DNA of 64,000 nucleotides from Prorocentrum cordatum. Lineage: Eukaryota. Location: positions 1-64,000 of the forward strand of contig CAUYUJ010000016.1 of assembly GCA_963575745.1 (NCBI GenBank), written 5' to 3'. The notes below the pieces were generated by a model, which was given only the letters and a program-made list of their open reading frames with translations, was not told the origin of the DNA and ran no database searches. This document shows positions 13,446 through 24,177 of the stretch, one piece after another (the stretch's first letter is position 1; each line of letters begins with the position of its first letter). The position numbers and the translations under genes are program-made.

Positions 13446-14364
13446 GGAATGGCGTGGGTAATCCTCGACAGCCCAGAGCCTAGTAACCGAAGCGAGGTCA
13501 GCAGGCCTAGATACAATCGTAAGTTGACCAGCGACCAGCACAGAGTTGCGATCTTCAAATCATTCTTGTCTACCATCCCCTTGATGCCATGGTCGACTGA
13601 TATCAATAAACAGTATAGTCAAGTTCAGGAGCGGATTCTTTGGGCGGCGGCTGCCGCTTTCCCTGTCCAGGTAGTCTACCCGCGGAAGCCTTACACTGAT
13701 CAGTTGACACTCTACTTCGTCAATTGGAGGCGAAAGAACAAGGCCGTCCTTCGCACTGCCCCTGACAAGGGAGCCCAAGCTATGTACAACTGGGCCAACA
13801 CTCTTGTTCAGCCTTGTCCTGCCCCCGTTTTCGAGGGTGGGGAAGAGGCCCGTAGCCTCTTCATCTCCTTCGAGGCCTGTCTGTGAGAGCTTAAGCTGTC
13901 TGCCTTGGCTTTCTTGGAACTCTTGGACCTCGATTCTTGGGGCGGGGCGTTCCGAAGCCTCCTCTCCGCCACGGCTGGACTGCTCAAAAAGAATTTGGAC
14001 ATCGACAAGACTGACACCCTGGAAAGGATGGTCAGTGATATGAGTGATGCCATCGAGGATGGCAATGCTAAAAAAGAATGGCAGGTTGCTCGGTCCCTTC
14101 AAGCTTTCGGAGGTCGTCGGACGAAACTCCAGGGTGGTGCCCTTCCCATTCGTAACGGGCCCGACGGATGTCCCCTTAAGACGAAGACCGAGGTGGCCGA
14201 TTCGGTTCAGGCCTACTTTGCTGGCATAGAAGGCGGGGCCCTGTACACCGAAAGCGATCTTTGTGCCAAGTATAGCGAAGATAATCGTGACCGCCCCCCC
14301 CTCCTTGAGTGCCCTGCTGAAAATCTGATGACTTGGGATCAACTTCGTTTTTCGTTCTCGCAGG

Positions 14365-15490
14365 CCACCCCAGGCAAGGCAGGGGGACCCGATGACGTTG
14401 TTGAAGATCTTTTACGATGCGCTCCCGCTGAGACTGCCCGACTGGTCCGCCCGGTCATCTTGAAGGCGGGCGTGCGCACTCAGGAGCCACTTGCTTTCAA
14501 GGGAGGGTGGGCCCACGACTTGTATAAGAACAGCGGCAATGCGGCGACGCACGAGAGCTATCGCCAAATACTTCTGATGAACAATGTTGCCAAACACCAT
14601 CACAAATTTGTGAGACATCAGTTTAAAACGTTAATTGCGGGGCTTATGATCGAGACTCAGATGGGTGGGGCCCAGGGAAAAGGGACCGACATGGCGACCC
14701 ATCTGGTTCGTACTTTCTCGGCTGTGTCCTGTGCCAAGGGCCTCTCCACGGTGTTAGCCTTCATCGATCTGAAATCGGCCTTCTACAAGGTCATTCGCCC
14801 CATAGTTATGCCCTTTCTTTTGGACCCCCAGGACATGGCTGACGCTATCGATGCCGCCGATATCCCAGCGGCCCTGGTGCCGATCTTGGAGCACGCCATT
14901 GCGCAACCCTCTGTTTTGGGAGACCTCGACAATGTTCACTTGTTAAGAATGCTGGCGGACCTTCACACTAGCACTTGGTTCAAAACCAAGGGGTCCCGAT
15001 GAGTTATTCGAACCGCCACATGCAGCCGCCCTGGTAGCTCGCCTGCGGACCTCGTTTTCAACCTCCTCTTCGTGCCTATCGTGCGCGAAATTCGAGAGGA
15101 GCTCAGCAGTGCCAACTACCTGCTTGAGCTCGAAGGCCAGCAGGACCCACTTTTTCTCTGCCCCAGGACGCTGAGACTGACTGTCTCGCGGACAGCACCT
15201 TTGTTGATGACCTCTGCGTCATGGCCGTGGTTCAGTGTGCTGCCGACCTCCCCCAGGCGATGTCTGACGTGGTCGTCGCCATCAGCAGCGCCACGGCCAA
15301 GCGAGGCATGACTATTACTTTCAAACAAGGTAAGTCTGCGCTCCTTGTTCACCCTCGAGGTGCGGGGGCCCGCACGGTCAGAGCCGATCTCTTTCCTGTT
15401 GCTGATCCTGTCCATGTCACCCACTATGATGATGAGATATTTCTCCGGCGATCATACAAGTACCTAGGTGCCATGTTAGCCCAAAGTGGA
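14365..15490 (+). pseudogene. ORF2 non-LTR reverse transcriptase domain
   Basis: KAGGPD, YRQILL, QMGG, FIDLKSAFYKV, SRPGSSPADLVF, FVDD (15200-15211), YKYLG; in-frame TGA at 15000-15002 and frameshift near 15160. Confidence 0.93.
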
Positions 15491-16179
15491 AGCCTCGCTC
15501 CCGAGTTGGCCCATAGAAGGACCCAGCAGAAGACGGGGCTCGGACCTTTGCGTAGGACGATTCTCAAGGCCAAAAGGCTCCCCACCAAGACTCGGACCAA
15601 GTATGTTGACGCCCTCTGTACTTCGAGACTGCTTCATAATGCCCATGTTTGGGGAGAGTTGTCTAAGGAGCAGCAGAATGCGATGATTGCCGCCCACCTG
15701 GCTCCTTTCAAGTCCATCTTGGGGATTCGGCTCGGACGCCCCGACCAGCCGCATGTTGCCAACGAGCAAGTTTTGCTCGATGTCGACAGGCTCGCTGTTC
15801 CCGACGTCCTGCGTCTCATGCGGCTTCGGTACTTGGCCAGGCTGATGACTTCGGCCCCGCCCCAGCTGCGGCAGCTCCTCGATATGGAAGGCCGCTGTAA
15901 GAAGTCTTGGGGCGCTCTTGTTCGGGAGGATCTGGCCTGGCTGCAGAAATTCTATGATTTTGAAGCAGATCACACGCTCTCAGCTCGCGAGCTTTTGTTG
16001 CAGGCGTCTGCCGACCCAGCCCGTTGGAAAAGAATCTGCAGGACTGCGGCACGAAATTTTAAAACATGACAAGCAGATCAGTACCGGCAGCAGTTGTGGA
16101 GAAATGAGTTGCGCAACACATGTAAGGCTCACGCCATTCCGCCGCCTGATACTGCTCCGCTCCCTGAGCCGATCACGAA

Positions 16180-16350
16180 GCACGTCTGTGATACGTGCCA
16201 ATATGTGTGCTTCCATGAAGGAGCCATGCGATCCCACATCGCCAAGAAGCATGACGACCCTGCGGGCAGAATCGCCGAGACGGGTCTGTGCCTGGCTTGC
16301 GGGGTTGACTTTGCCACGCGTCCCCGTCTCCTCAAGCACCTTCGGCATGC
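16180..16350 (+). pseudogene. Two C2H2-type zinc fingers in ORF2
   Basis: CDTC-x12-H-x4-H (HVCDTCQYVCFHEGAMRSHIAKKH) and CLAC-x12-H-x2-H (CLACGVDFATRPRLLKHLRH). Confidence 0.8.
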
Positions 16351-16644
16351 TCGTGCTGGTTGTCTCGAGCTCTGGAGTCGTACCATGGCTCCCGTCCCCG
16401 ACGCGAGATGCGAGGAATTGCGTGAAGATGATCGCACTTTGGTGGCCTCCCTGAAGGCCAAGGGTATGCGCGCCACCGAGGCTGACATCCCCGCTCGCCC
16501 CGAGGACCCAGGAGATGCCCTCCTTTCTGCCCTGGATGGTCTCGGTCCTCCTCTGCTCCGCCCTGCTTTTACCCCCGTTGTTTGGTTCCCCGAGGCCGAA
16601 GGGTATGTCCCTCCGAGCCCCCGTATGCTTCAGCCTAGCGAAAC

Positions 16645-17576
16645 TAGATACATTCTCCATCTCTTTAGTAGACAGAGACGGAGAGAAGACTTTCAGCACT
16701 GTGTAGAGTTGTTTCAGATTCTTGAGGCTCCCACTGGGCCTCTTGCCGTTGTCTCGATAGACATCGTCAACAATGATGTCGATGGCGATCTCAGGTCTCA
16801 CAGTGCCCGCAATAAACTTGCTTCACTTGTTTTCCAAGGTCTCGCCATTGGTGTTCTTGTAGGACCCCCGTGCGAGACCTGGTCGTCGGCTCGATTTCTA
16901 GAGGCCCCCCAAGGCCAGCGTTCTCGTCCGCTTCGGTCTATACAGTTCGAGTGGGGTCGACCTCTAGCCACTCCCAGAGTGGGCTCAGATTTCTACAGCG
17001 AATGATCTGTATCGTGCCGCATTGTATTCCATGTACGTTTGTCTTGCATTGGATGCTTGCGGTATGCTCGAGAACCCTGCTTGCCCGTTGAATCAGGTTG
17101 CTCCCTCGAGTTGGTTCCTGAAGGAAACCAGCCACATGCGGACCTTGTCTTCGATGGGTTTTAATGTTGACACGATCTGGATAGACCAGTGTATGCTTGG
17201 TTCGCAGTCGACGAAACCAACGATGTTCCTGACAGTGAATCTTCCCTCCGTGCGCAGAGAAGTCCACGTGATGCCGAACCGAAGACGCTGCAACCATGGA
17301 GGCCACGCGATTCTGGAAGGAGTCGATAACTTAGGCCGCTGGAAGACCCAGGCAGCCAAGCAGTATCCTCCCGAGCTGTGCATGTTTCTTGCCCGACATT
17401 TTGTCGCGTTCGCTTGTCAGGAGCTCAGAGAGAGGGGTGAGGTCCATCCGCGGAGCAGTGTTGACCTGACCCGTCACCCCCCTCTCGATCCTTCTTTGGC
17501 GTGCTTCTTTTGCCCGCTCGACCCGTACTGTGAGGCCCAGCAGGTCGGTGCCTACAATCAAGATTTCCATTTGTAA
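16645..17576 (+). pseudogene. C-terminal C5 cytosine DNA methyltransferase-like domain of ORF2
   Basis: Motif I-like ILHLFS[R] (expected FSG), VSID, catalytic GPPCETWS (Cys codon 16871-16873), LENP (17070), DQCMLG..KPT, motif X-like AAKQYPPELC; frameshift near 16980-17020. Confidence 0.82.
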
Positions 17577-17646
17577 GCTCGCCATTCCCGAATTCACGTG
17601 CTGGCAGCGGATCTTCGTCCCCTAATGCCGTCGAACAGAACAGACC

Positions 17647-17833
17647 AGGAGAAGGAGGAGGAGGAGGAGAGGCGGAGGAACGAGGAACAAGGAGGAGGAG
17701 GAGTGAGGAGGAGAAGGAGGATGATGAGGAGGAAAGGAGGAGGAGGACGAGGAGGAGGAGGAGGAGGAGGGGGAGGAGGGGGATGAGGAGGGGAGGAGGA
17801 GGAGGAGGGGAGGAGGAGGAGGAGGAGGAGGAG

Positions 17834-17868
<35 letters not shown>

Positions 17869-17963
17869 GAGGAAGAGGAGGAAGCGGAGGAGGAGGAGGA
17901 GGAGGAGGAGAAAGGAGGAGGAGGAGGAGGAGGAGGAGGAGGAGGAGGAGGAGGAGGAGGGGA

Positions 17964-18017
<54 letters not shown>

Positions 18018-18120
18018 CTGATGATTATGATGCTGATGATGATGGTGATAATGATGATGGTGATGACGATGATGATGGTGATGATGATGATGCTGATGAT
18101 GATGGTGATGATGAGGAGGA
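17647..18120. repeat. (GAG)n then (GAT)n microsatellite
   Basis: Direct reading. Confidence 0.95.
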
Positions 18121-18988
18121 GCTCAGCTGGTGGATGGCGCGGCCTCCGCGGGCCCTTGCAGCAGCTGCTCTGCCATCGGGGGGCGTGCGCCCCCGCCGTC
18201 GGCGGCCCCAGCGGGAGCTCTGCCGGGATCGGGGGCGTCGGCCGCCCGCGCGTCCGCGGCCCTGCTCTGCTGGTGAGTGTGGCGCGGCCTCCACAGGCCA
18301 TCGTCGTGTCATGTGATGCCGCGGTCCGCGCCCCGTCCCCTTGGAATTCCCCCGCGCCCGCGGCCTCGCCGACCGAGATGCTCGCCTCGACTGCCGCGCC
18401 CGAGGCTCGGGGCGCGTCGTGAGCGACAAGGGGCGCGCGGCGCCCTCGGCGAGCCTCCGCGCACGCGGGCCCCCGGACCGAAGTCCCCGGCGAGCTCCGC
18501 GCCCTCGGCGTCGAGGGCATCGACCGCCCGCACTCCGGCTGCGCCGAGGAGCGGTGGCGGCGCAGGGGCTTTGACCGCCCGCCCGTCGTCGGCCCCGCCG
18601 CCGCCAATCGCCGATTCCACACGCTGCCTCTGGCCCTCCTCGTTCGCGACGTCCGTCTCCAGCGACGCTGCGCCAAGCTGCGAAGCTCCAGCGCCGCGCC
18701 CCCTAGCGCGCGGCACCGGCATCGCGGCGCAAGGCGGGGCGTCGGCGACGGACTGGACATCCGAATCCCTCGGCAAGCCTTCGCCCGCCGCGGTGGCTCC
18801 TGGGACGAAGCCCTCGGCGAGCCCCTGCGCCGCTCGGGCGGCTTCTCGGCGCGGGCCCCGCGGCCGGCGCCCTGGTCGGCCCGTGCTGACGGCTTCGAGC
18901 ACGAGCTCCCCGAGCTGCACTTGCTCTCCGCCGCCCTCGGGCGGGGCCCGCTCGCGCCGTCTGCGGACCGCTCAGCTGCGCCGAGTCC

Positions 18989-19354
18989 GACCATCATGCG
19001 GCTGAGCGGAACCTCGGGATCGAGGGCTGCCGATCCTTCTGGCCAGGGGCCTGGCACCACGACCCGTCCTCTAGGGGAACAGAAACTGGCATAAACATCA
19101 AAACTCGGAGGTCCGCGCGGATTTCTCGGATCGGCGCTGGACCCCCCTCTCTGGCGCGCGGAGCGCGCCAGGTGCGGCGCCGGAGGCGCCGCCGGGGGGC
19201 CCCAGCGCCGATCCGAGAAATCTGCGCGGACCTCCGAGTTGTTATGTCTATGCCACTTTTTTGTTCCCCTAGAGGACAGGTCGTGGTGCCAGGCCCTTGG
19301 CCAGAAGGATCGGCAGCCCTCGATCCCGAGGTTCCGCTCAGCCGCATGATGGTC
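18989..19354. mobile_element. Foldback element/MITE with ~150-bp inverted arms
   Basis: GACCATCATGCGGCTGAGCGGAACCTCGGGATCGAGGGCTGCCGATCCTTCTGGCCA... mirrored at the right end; related core at ~3730-3865 and partial copies near 46860 and 63570. Confidence 0.85.
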
Positions 19355-19581
19355 ACATTTTGTTCCCCTGGTCCTCCTCTGGTGAGGCTGCCCAGAGGGC
19401 ACCGGGCGCTGCAGCGGCAGCAGCGGCAGCAGCGCCCAGTGCCACGCGGCCCGAGCCGCCGCAACGGCCCTCCGCTCCTGGCCGGGCGCCCCGACGCCGC
19501 CCGTGACTCGGCCGGGGTGGCCGCCAACGACTCGACGTCGTGGGCGTCGTCCTCGTCCATGAGCGTCCTGTCGCTATCCTC

Positions 19582-19767
19582 TGATGGGCGAGTTTTCCAC
19601 CACCACCACCATAAGTTTGATGGGGGGAAGGGGGAGGAGGAGGAGGAGGAGGAGGAGGAGGAGGAGGAGGAGGAGGAGGAGGAGGAGGAGGAGGAGGAGG
19701 AGGAGGAGGAGGAGGAGGAGACCCCCCCACCAACTTATGGTGGTGCTGGTGGAAAACACGCCCATCA
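19582..19767. mobile_element. Small TIR element whose core is a pure (GAG)n tract
   Basis: About 45-bp inverted repeats (TGATGGGCGAGTTTTCCACCACCACCACCATAAGTT / AACTTATGGTGGTGCTGGTGGAAAACACGCCCATCA); TCCTC on both flanks. Confidence 0.75.
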
Positions 19768-19779
19768 TCCTCGCCTGGA

Positions 19780-20650
19780 TGCTTGGCGCGCCTGGGCGGA
19801 GAAGACGGGTCCGCGGGGGCCGCCGTCGCGGCCGGCTGCGCCTCGGGATCAGGGCCAGCCTCTCGTGCGGTGGTGTCGGGTCTGGCGCGCTGCGCTTCTT
19901 GCGAGCCCCATCCACTGCTGTCACTCTCTGCTTCTCCAACTCCTACCTTGGCGTCGAAGTCCGCCGTGGCCTGCGCGGCCTGGGGCCAGAGCGTCGTCTG
20001 GCCTTTCGAGCTGGTGGCAACACTCTGGGCCTCCATCGCACGATGCTTTCCGACGCGTGCACGGGCCAGTGCCATGGCTGCACATGGTGGGCCTCCTTCG
20101 CCTCTTCAGGCCAAGTCTCAACGTCGACCAGCTCGGCAGTAGCCTTCTGGAGAACGCGCTGCGCGTGGTTCTCCTTGCCAGTGGCCAACTGCAGGATCTG
20201 AGAGGTGGTCTTTGTTTGGGCCACTCGGGATTGGGCGACAGGGCTCTGGCTGCGTCCATCAGCGCTTTGACCTGGGCAGGATCAGCTCCCTGAGGGAACT
20301 TCGCGTTGCAGATCTCGGCGAGGCAGCTGGAACGCCATGGAGTTCCCGCCGTCGCGTCAGTTACTTTGCCGCCGCCGTCCGTCGAGCCCTTGGCTCCCAC
20401 CTTGCCTCCGTCGGCCGACTCCGCTGCTCACGCGCAGCCTGGCGGTGGTGGAGTCGTCGACCTTGGGAGCCAGGCCGTGGTTGCACCAATGGCACCAGGC
20501 TCCCGTCGCTACGTTCCAGCGGCGCTTGCGAGTCGTGCAAATGTCGAACTGCGGTGCGCCCGCCTCTTGGCGCCTTCCGCCGTGCCGCCGACGCCCGGGA
20601 GCGAACGCGGAGGAACACCTGCTCACCCGACGGGCGCGGGCGGCAGGCAG
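19780..20650 (-). pseudogene. Possible LINE ORF1 remnant
   Basis: Degenerate Cys/Trp finger (ICTTRKRRWN..WCHWC) followed by helical segments (ENHAQRVLQKATAELVDVE), frameshifted. Confidence 0.35.
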
Positions 20651-20660
20651 CCACTGGGGT

Positions 20661-21152
20661 TAGGTCGGGCATGTCCTCCTACACAGGGATTGTGGCTGAA
20701 AAACAAGTAGTCCAATCATAATACCACATGGCTAACAATAGTCGAACAGTCGTCCCCATGTTTTAAACATTTTTCCCTACCTAGGCTCTGCCCAGAGGGT
20801 TCTTACTCGCTGGGCTTAAAGGGGCCGGGCAGTGTTCCTCGCCCCGGGCGGTTCCCCCAGTATCCGCCCCGCGGTTCCCCCAGTCCCCTGGGAGCTTTAC
20901 CTTTAGCTTAGCTTCAGCTTAGCTTTAGTTTAGCTTTAGCTTAGCTTTAGCTTAGCTTTGGCTTAGCTTTGGCTTAGCTTTAGCTTAGCTTTGGCTTAGC
21001 TTTAGCTTAGCTTTAGCTTAGCTGTAGCTTAGCTTTAACTTAGCTTTACTGTTACTACTAATGCTGCTTTCCTAGGGGCTCCAACTCCTAGGCAGGGTCG
21101 CACTGTGATAATTTTTAAATGTTCCCCCTGTGGAGGGACAGGCCCGACTTAA
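20661..21152. mobile_element. Same MITE family, expanded copy containing a TTTAGCTTAGC minisatellite
   Basis: Left TTAGGTCGGGCATGTCCTCCTACACAGGGA; right TCCCCCTGTGGAGGGACAGGCCCGACTTAA. Confidence 0.7.
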
Positions 21153-22509
21153 CACTGGGGCAGACCAGCTGCTGCGAGGAACTCGAAGCTGCCGCGGACC
21201 TGGGAAAATCAAGAGGTACCGACACCGCTACTCCTCGGACCCCTCCTGGGGTGCGTTCTGACCAGGATCTCGAGGCGAATCCAGCGGTGGCACGGAGGAC
21301 CTCCGAGGAGGCCACAAAGAGGGGAATACGAGGGATGGGTAGAGGCAGGGTACCATTTCCGCCTCTGAGATATCCCGGAGGAACTCATAGCCCTGAGCCG
21401 CAGTGGCCACGGAACCCTCCCGAGGTGCTGGGGCCCGAGTACAGGGGGGCGGAGGAGGAGACAGGATGGGGAGGAGGAGGAGGAGGAGGAGGAGGAGGAG
21501 GAGGCGGAGGAGGAGGAGGTGGAAAAGGAGGGAAGAGGAGGAGGAGGAGGAGGAGGAGGAGGAGGAGAAGGAGGAGGAGGAGGAGGAGGAGGAGGAGGAG
21601 GAGGATGAGGAGGACGGGGAGGAGGAGGAGGAGGAGGAGAGGGCGGAGGAGGAGGAGTAACCAGAAGTAGCTATGAAGGGGCGACGTCCGAGGAAGACAA
21701 AACGAGTTAAACGGGGGCTGGTCTGACGACGAGCCCCCTCGGTGAGGGAGGACGGTAGGGTGGCGCGCGCGGGGCCGTCCTCCTGCCGGGCGGCTCCTTG
21801 ACGAAGCCGCCGACGGCGGGGAGGCAGCCGCCGCGCGCGGGGCGGCGGGTGCCGCCGCGTATCCCCCTCCCGCCGACGACGCCGGCTCACCTCCCTCGCC
21901 TGGCCTCCGCCGCGACCCGCCCAGCTCTGACCAACTGGATGGACCGTAGGGGCCCTCTGTGGGAGGGGAAGAGACCTCTGCGCAACCGCACGAGGTTCTG
22001 AGCTCCTTTGGGGGTGGGGTCTGCACATTCCTTGGCTAGCCATCTGCCGTCAAGCGTGGCAGTGGACCCGCATCTGGAACACACATGCAATGCCAAATCA
22101 GGCCAGAAATGCACTACATGCGTGCTGTGTGCTCGAGTGGTGCCTATCCAGACTTCGCCCTGCCTGCGAACGAACTGCGACCACTCCGACGCAACCGAAT
22201 CATCTACAGGGGAAAGGCCAGGGCACTCCATCGCACAGAACCTGAGCAGCTGTGAAGTGGGAGCCAGCTGCAAGCACTTGGTGCACCTCCATTTGGACCC
22301 AATCTGTTTGCACTCGTGCGTTGACACTCTGAGAGCTCGGACCTGCTGTGGGGGAGGAGCTACTCTCTGCTTCGAAAGACGAGTGGCCTGCCACGGGTCT
22401 ACCCGGAGCGAGGAAAGAAGTGCTCTGCGTGCCCTGCGCCTCACCAAGTGAGCAATGCAACCATGCTTGCCTGTCAGCGGCACTGGCTGCACGGCAAAAT
22501 CCGACCACG

Positions 22510-23215
22510 CACGCTGCGCCGCCAGGCCTGCCAACTCACCTGCATGCTTGTTGCCTGCGTTGAGAAAGGCCTGCCTGGCCGAAAGCCGCTGGCCCGCGTC
22601 CTCCACGGGGGGGGCGGCCTGCACGGAGGGGGGAGGACAGGGCCGGAGGAGGAGGAGGAGGAGGAGGAGGAGGAGGAGGAGGAGGAGGAGGAGGAGGAGG
22701 AGGAGGGGCAGGAGGAGGAGGAGGAGGAGGAGGAGGAGGAGGAGGAGGAGGAGGAGGAGGAGGAGGAGGAGGAGGCGGCCGTCCACGCGGCGTGCACCTC
22801 GGCCTCGCCGCGCTCGCGAAGAGGCCGCCGCCGCTCGATGCCGCAGGAGCCTGCTTCGGGCCCTGGCCTGCCGGGGGGCGCGGCCCGCTCTCCGATGCGC
22901 CCAGGACCGGCTGGCCATCGATGGCGTACACGAGCGGGCCCGCGGTTCCCTCCAGCGCCACGGCGAGCGCCGCCATCTCCGCGCGCGGCACTGTTTGCCG
23001 CGGCCCAATATTCAATCTTATTAAGCTTTGCAGATTGCTGAATCTTTATGCATATTAGCACGAGAATATTTTATGAGCCGGGGGCCCGACACGCCACAAG
23101 CTGGCTCCCAGGAGCCGTCGTCTCCCTGCTAAAACTGAAGGCGGCCGCCGAGCCGCACCTGCGTCTCCCGGGGTCGCTGCTGAACTGTCCGCCCGACCCA
23201 TCCCCAAAGAAGCGC
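22510..23215 (-). pseudogene. RNase H domain interrupted by two insertions
   Basis: GDGSG...[AT-rich insert]...QTVPRAEMAAL...AIDGQPV...[(CCT)n]...GNKHAGELAGLAA. Confidence 0.75.
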
Positions 23216-24177
23216 GGTGGGTCCGGGCCTGGCTGGACACAAAAATCGATAAGCCGAGGAGTGCCATGGTACTGGTACGGGGGAGGGTCGAGAGGGTCGA
23301 GGAAACGAGGACAGGCGAGGTCTCTCGACGGCACTCCTCGATGCCACAGCGATGGGTCCGACTCCCGCTGTGCCGTAGCTTGGGTGAGAAGGACCTGCGT
23401 TTTGTCGAAGTCAGGATGCCCCTTGTTGCTGTCGCACTGCCAAATTCTGTGAAACAAGGTCTCTGGGCCCGCCTTACATCGAGGGCAAGTGACATCAATC
23501 GTGTAGCCGCTGTCAACTTGCCCCTGGCGGGGCCACTGTCCTCGTGAGCTCGCGCATAACTCCATCCCCCACAGGTCCGCCTCCCCCCGCACCTCGAACC
23601 GACGGGGCTCTTGTTGGAGGAGGAGGATGTCCGCCCCAGCACTCGGGCTGCTGCCGCTGTCGTGCCGAGCAGCAGCCTGCCAGAGGTTGGCTCGGATGTC
23701 GGCAAGTAGCTCAAGCAGGAGTCGGCATGATCTGAAAGGCCCGCCAAGTCGAAATCTGGGTCTCCGAGTCTCGGGCATCTCCAGGCATGGTCCGCGTGCG
23801 AGGGTCTCTCCAGGAGGTCGGGCTCCTTGGGGTCCCACCCCGCTTCCAGCAGGAGTGGCCCGGGGCGCAGCTGTCGGCCCTCGGATCCCTCTCCAGCGAA
23901 ACTGACCAGCTTCTTTCCAGCCGCGCCCTGACCAGGCCCCAGGAGCGACGGATCCGCGGCTGGAGGGCAGGGGACCTCTTCTTCCAGAGCTGGAGCCACG
24001 CGTCAACAAACCGGCGGCGGACCTCCAACGCGGGGCCGCCGTCTCCCAGCGCAGTCCGCAGACCAATTGTTGAGAGCGCTTTCCTCCCCCAGGAGCCGAG
24101 GCTGTGCGAGCAGCTTTTCGTCTGAGCAACAGGACCTGACTCGGTGGCGTGCCCAGGCATTGACGGCCGTAGCTGGC

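Larger units (their letters stand above)
9804..17646 (+). mobile_element. Full-length non-LTR retrotransposon (LINE) carrying a C5 DNA methyltransferase domain; starts at a DinoSL, inserted in (GAG)n
   Basis: Exact DinoSL at the 5' end; ORF1; ORF2 with RNase H, APE, RT, zinc-finger and DNMT motifs; AGGAGAAGGAGG on both sides (9791-9802, 17647-17658) as candidate TSD. Confidence 0.92.

Noticed and set aside
13884..16069. Alternative genetic code (TGA as sense)
   Set aside because: Frameshifts occur in the same ORF and ORF1 itself ends in TGA; decay is the simpler explanation
20685..20705. GATTGTGGCTGAA as a relic SL
   Set aside because: It lies within the left TIR of the MITE family and aligns with GATTTTCGACGAA of other copies
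20895..21048. True telomere
   Set aside because: Internal, short, and not TTTAGGG
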